In this document: one piece after another, positions 60,121-64,000 of the stretch
Layout: each line of letters starts with the position of its first letter
How positions within the stretch are numbered: the stretch's first letter is position 1
Assembly: GCF_044324875.1 (NCBI RefSeq)
Contig: NZ_CP172185.1
DNA: 64,000 bases
From: Escherichia coli
GTDB taxonomy: Bacteria; Pseudomonadota; Gammaproteobacteria; Enterobacterales; Enterobacteriaceae
Strand: one strand, 5' to 3'
Notes under the pieces: model-generated
What the model was told of the DNA's origin: nothing
Databases searched by the model: none
Seen by the model: only the letters and a program-made list of their open reading frames with translations
Position numbers and translations under genes: made by a program

Positions 60121-61548
60121 TCACCCGAACAGATGGAGTATTTTCCCTATCAAACCAGCAAAGATAAAAATATAGAAAATAATTTTGATGACGCCCAGAC
60201 AGCCCGGCCCACCATCGTCAACGGGCATTGGCTGCGGTTGCGGCTCCGGTTCAACAGTTTGCTTCTCGGTAAAATTCGCCGCCTGAATTAATAATCGACG
60301 AATAATTAATGCTTCCAGTGGACAACGATCTTCTGCATCAAGGCGGCTCACAATCGGCATTAATGATTCTTCTGTCGGTTGGCTGGCCTGCACTAATTGT
60401 TTGGCAACTAGATATAATGGCCATAAGGGATGTTCTGTATCACGCGTGAGTGAGATCCGCGGCTTACGTCCTTTGTGCAAAACCATCTCGACCAGAGAAC
60501 GCCCCAGCGCAGAGAGTTTTTCATCACTGAGTATTTCGTATAAATGAAAACGCGTACGAGCGCTGTCACCAGGGACATAAAGTAGCGGTTTTCCCTGATC
60601 GTTAACCAGATCACGCGCTTCAATCATCATCACCACTAATGGGTAATAATCGACCCGATGCTGACGGCACCATTGCAACATTAAAGCATCCGCCTGGGTG
60701 GAGGGATACTCGCGCCAGTAGTCACAAAGTTCTGCCAGCAGGCTTTCGCCTTCTCCACAATAGACGCGTTGCGCGTATTCATAATAACGCGCATCTTCAT
60801 TATCAGGTTCAGCTTCCCGCCACGACCGGGCGTAATCCAGAAGTTCGGGGATTCCCAGGCGGCTTGCGCTATACCAGCGGAGTAAATTTCTGTGCAGTTT
60901 TGCATCATCGGGGATAATCACTGCGCGATGTTGCGCTAAATACAATGTCAGCCATTCTGGATGCGATGACCAAATCCGAGCGAACATTTGGTAAAAATCG
61001 ATGGTGTCATTTTGCACGGCAACGGGCAGATGCAGAATGGTCTGGAAGTTAAAAACATTCCCCTTCGCAATGGCATATAAAAAGGATTCCAGTTCTTCTT
61101 CGTCTATTTCCCCGGTGTTTTCCTCCTGCAACCACCGCAGTCTTTCTGCTAATAACACCACGCACTCGAAGGATAAATGGGCAGTGTTCATGGCGATTGT
61201 GCACAGCGACCAGCGTAATTCATCAATCTCTTCCATCGAGCAATAATTTAATTGCTGAATGAATCGCTGCCAGGCGGAAGGCAGAAAACGTTCGCTATCA
61301 GAGGCGAGTAACGCACGAAAGGCGAGCAGAATTTCATGTTCTGCAACTTCATGTTCTTCTGGTTGCCAAACAGATTTAGCAGGGGACTGCGCAATCCGTA
61401 GCGCATCCTCATACGCCTGACGAAGTTGTTTAAAACCCTGCGGATCTGTTTCTGGATGAAAGGACGGTAACAAGGCCAGATAAGCGCGACGGATAATATC
61501 GACGTCAGTCGTTTGAGGTATATCGAGGATCTGCCAGCAAGTTTTCAT
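60121..61548 (-). CDS. djlB: J-domain protein, paralog of DjlC
   Basis: 475 aa; same architecture as djlC (N-terminal J-like domain with HPE, C-terminal hydrophobic tail). Confidence 0.8.
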   Translation of the reverse strand: MKTCWQILDIPQTTDVDIIRRAYLALLPSFHPETDPQGFKQLRQAYEDALRIAQSPAKSVWQPEEHEVAEHEILLAFRALLASDSERFLPSAWQRFIQQLNYCSMEEIDELRWSLCTIAMNTAHLSFECVVLLAERLRWLQEENTGEIDEEELESFLYAIAKGNVFNFQTILHLPVAVQNDTIDFYQMFARIWSSHPEWLTLYLAQHRAVIIPDDAKLHRNLLRWYSASRLGIPELLDYARSWREAEPDNEDARYYEYAQRVYCGEGESLLAELCDYWREYPSTQADALMLQWCRQHRVDYYPLVVMMIEARDLVNDQGKPLLYVPGDSARTRFHLYEILSDEKLSALGRSLVEMVLHKGRKPRISLTRDTEHPLWPLYLVAKQLVQASQPTEESLMPIVSRLDAEDRCPLEALIIRRLLIQAANFTEKQTVEPEPQPQPMPVDDGGPGCLGVIKIIFYIFIFAGLIGKILHLFG

Positions 61549-62252
61549 AGGTCGCTCATATCCTTAAGCGTTTCCGGGCATGTGGGGTAGTCAACCAGTG
61601 GTTGCCAGGGTAAGGTCGCGTAATATGCATCGTCACTGGCAAATAATTGATAAAACATATCATTGCCGGAATCGTCGTATTCTTTACGCGCTAAGAATTC
61701 ACGTAATAACTGAAGATTATCATCTTCGGGAGACTGCCAATATTGCCGACCAAAGGTATAACCGGCAAAGTATTGCTGCCAGTTACTATAATAACGTAGC
61801 GCCCGTAGATGAATGCGCGACTGGATCCATAGACTTTCTTCTTCGCTTAACCAGTTATTAAGTACGCCCATTCGGCTTAAAAAACCCATCCGGACATAAT
61901 CCCAGGCTTTAATTCCTCCCTCACCACAGCATTCGGCGGTGCTGGCGACAAATTGCGCATAAGCCTGACCTTGCTCATTTAATTCAGCAAGATAGTCACG
62001 CCATTCACATGGCGAATAACGAAACCAGCAGTGATAAAACCCTGCCAACCGCGCGGCATGACCGTTATCAATCATTCGGTGAATTGTGCGCAGCAGGTCA
62101 TCACGGTCATCAATTCCCCAGGAGGAAGAAAGGTCAAAAAAGCGTGTACCTAAATACATTTTGGGAGATGAATGCGAAGGTAAACAGCATTCATTGCGTA
62201 TTTCCATCGGAGTGGAAAGTGCAAACAATATTTTTTGCGACTCCATGTCCAT
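61545..62252 (-). CDS. ybeR: DUF1266-family protein, paralog of YbeU
   Basis: ORF 61545..62279; probable start at the internal [13 protein letters not shown]; translationally coupled to djlB. Confidence 0.75.
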   Translation of the reverse strand: MDMESQKILFALSTPMEIRNECCLPSHSSPKMYLGTRFFDLSSSWGIDDRDDLLRTIHRMIDNGHAARLAGFYHCWFRYSPCEWRDYLAELNEQGQAYAQFVASTAECCGEGGIKAWDYVRMGFLSRMGVLNNWLSEEESLWIQSRIHLRALRYYSNWQQYFAGYTFGRQYWQSPEDDNLQLLREFLARKEYDDSGNDMFYQLFASDDAYYATLPWQPLVDYPTCPETLKDMSDL

Positions 62253-62409
62253 ATAATTTATCCTTAAATATTCATTCAATGAATATTAACCACGTTGCGA
62301 GGCTCATTTATTTATACTTTTCTGACGCAACATAATACGCATAAAATAAGGCTTACGCAAAAATGGAACACATAAAAATATAATATGTTTTATATGCAAC
62401 CATAAGGAA

Positions 62410-63393
62410 ATGATAATGATTTTTACGTCAAGTTGCTGCGATAATTTATCAATAGATGAGATTATCGAACGTGCTGAAAAAGGCGATTGCGAGGCTCAAT
62501 ATATTATTGGGTTTTATTATAATCGCGATAGCGCAATTGACTCTCCGGACGACGAAAAAGCCTTCTACTGGCTGAAGCTGGCCGCTGAGCAAGGCCATTG
62601 TGAAGCACAATATTCCTTAGGGCGGAAATACTCCGAGGATAAAAGCCGTCATAAAGATAATGAGCAAGCCATCTTTTGGCTGAAAAAAGCTGCCCTACAA
62701 GGCCATACTTTCGCTTCCAACGCCCTTGGCTGGATACTGGATCGTGGAGAAGACCCCAACTATAAAGAAGCGGTTGCCTGGTATCAGATAGCCGCGGAGA
62801 GCGGAATGTCTTATGCGCAAAATAATCTTGGATGGATGTACAGAAATGGCAACGGAGTCGCTCAAGACTATGCGCTGGCATTTTTCTGGTACAAACAAGC
62901 TGCATTACAAGGCCATAGTTACGCACAAGACAATCTGGCCGATCTTTATGAAGACGGAAAAGGCGTTGCTCAAAACAAGACACTCGCCGCATTCTGGTAT
63001 TTGAAAAGCGCACAGCAGGGTAATCGGCATGCCCAGTTTCAAATTGCATGGGATTATAACGCTGGCGAAGGGGTGGACCAGGACTATAAGCAAGCCATGT
63101 ACTGGTATCTGAAGGCTGCCGCTCAGGAAAGCGTCGGCGCTTACGTCAACATCGGTTATATGTATAAACATGGACAAGGCGTTGAGAAAGATTATCAGGC
63201 CGCCTTTGAATGGTTTATGAAAGCCGCTGAATGCAATGACGCCACTGCCTGGTATAACCTGGCCATTATGTATCACTACGGAGAAGGAAGACCTGTCGAT
63301 CTCCGACAGGCTCTCGACCTGTATCGTAAAGTTCAGGCATCCGGTACCAGGGATGTCAGTCAAGAAATCCGTGAGATTGAAGATTTACTGTAA
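62410..63393 (+). CDS. ybeQ: Sel1-repeat protein
   Basis: 327 aa; multiple Sel1 repeats. Confidence 0.8.
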   Translation: MIMIFTSSCCDNLSIDEIIERAEKGDCEAQYIIGFYYNRDSAIDSPDDEKAFYWLKLAAEQGHCEAQYSLGRKYSEDKSRHKDNEQAIFWLKKAALQGHTFASNALGWILDRGEDPNYKEAVAWYQIAAESGMSYAQNNLGWMYRNGNGVAQDYALAFFWYKQAALQGHSYAQDNLADLYEDGKGVAQNKTLAAFWYLKSAQQGNRHAQFQIAWDYNAGEGVDQDYKQAMYWYLKAAAQESVGAYVNIGYMYKHGQGVEKDYQAAFEWFMKAAECNDATAWYNLAIMYHYGEGRPVDLRQALDLYRKVQASGTRDVSQEIREIEDLL

Positions 63394-63463
63394 GAGATAA
63401 AAACAAGGGCCGGGGAATTTTATTCGGCCCATATTCTCTTTATTGCTGTGCGAAATCAGACCA

Positions 63464-63946
63464 TTAAGGCTCGAACGGGCGTCTCTGGAACTGGTCATGA
63501 CCACATTTCGGGCATAGCGTCAGCACTTCCGGTGTATAGATCGGGAGATGGAAATGACATTTCTCGCAGACCAGATTACCCAGCCCTACCACTTCTCCGC
63601 TGTGATAAACCCCGTGATGATTGAGGTCCTGGAAAACTTCGCGCCATTCAAGCTGCGTTTTATCGGTGATGTCTGCCAGCTCCTGCCACAAGCTTTCTTT
63701 AATCACCCGCATAAAGACGCTGTCAGACTCTTCTTTCAGGCTCTCTTCATAGCTCATGGCGAACTCTTCCAGGTCACGTCTGACAGCTCGCGTCAGCTCA
63801 TCGACCTCGGTTCGCGTTAACTCCCCTGTTTTTATTACGCGCTCGCGCGCCTGCTCCACCAGTGCGTCGATATCACGTTCGCCATTACGCAGGCGTTCGC
63901 TCAGTGACGCGACCAGTTCACGGTAATATTGAGCAACCTTGTTCAT
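63464..63946 (-). CDS. ybeL: DUF1451 zinc-ribbon protein
   Basis: 160 aa; C-terminal CxxC...CPKC zinc-ribbon-like motif. Confidence 0.8.
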   Translation of the reverse strand: MNKVAQYYRELVASLSERLRNGERDIDALVEQARERVIKTGELTRTEVDELTRAVRRDLEEFAMSYEESLKEESDSVFMRVIKESLWQELADITDKTQLEWREVFQDLNHHGVYHSGEVVGLGNLVCEKCHFHLPIYTPEVLTLCPKCGHDQFQRRPFEP

Positions 63947-64000
63947 CGTTTCATCTCCCGGGTCGTTAACTGACTATAATAATAGACGTTCTTTGTTCCT

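Overview
This window reads as an Escherichia coli-type chromosomal segment, in reverse orientation relative to the usual K-12 map as I remember it. All identifications are from reading the ORF translations and sequence motifs by eye; no searches were run. Gene order runs from the ybgP/ybgO fimbrial genes, abrB, nei, pxpABC and ybgI, through dtpD, phr-ybgA, ybfA and the kdpFABCDE operon, then ybfP, pgm-seqA, ybfF, ybfE, fldA, uof-fur, chiPQ, glnS, the nag genes and asnB, a five-gene tRNA operon, ubiF, miaB-ybeZ-ybeY-corC-lnt, gltIJKL, rihA and hscC with the djlC/djlB modules, ending at ybeL. Most of it is conserved core genome with REP/BIME repeats and recognisable terminators. The places that are not ordinary are: (1) an AT-rich three-ORF islet between ybgA and ybfA, including a SUKH/SMI1-like immunity-type gene, at the locus where K-12 carries RhsC; (2) an IS110-family (IS621-like) element inserted into a BIME between nagD and asnB, with a structured non-coding left end that is a bridge-RNA candidate; (3) a +1 frameshift in nagD immediately upstream of that element; (4) a 625-aa rhomboid protease fused to a beta-propeller, between lnt and gltI; (5) a 145-aa exported protein between asnB and the tRNA operon; (6) kdpE abutting ybfP with no speF-potE; (7) the tandemly duplicated J-domain/DUF1266/Sel1 modules next to the Hsp70 gene hscC, whose J-domains carry HPE rather than HPD. 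No CRISPR array or rRNA gene is present.
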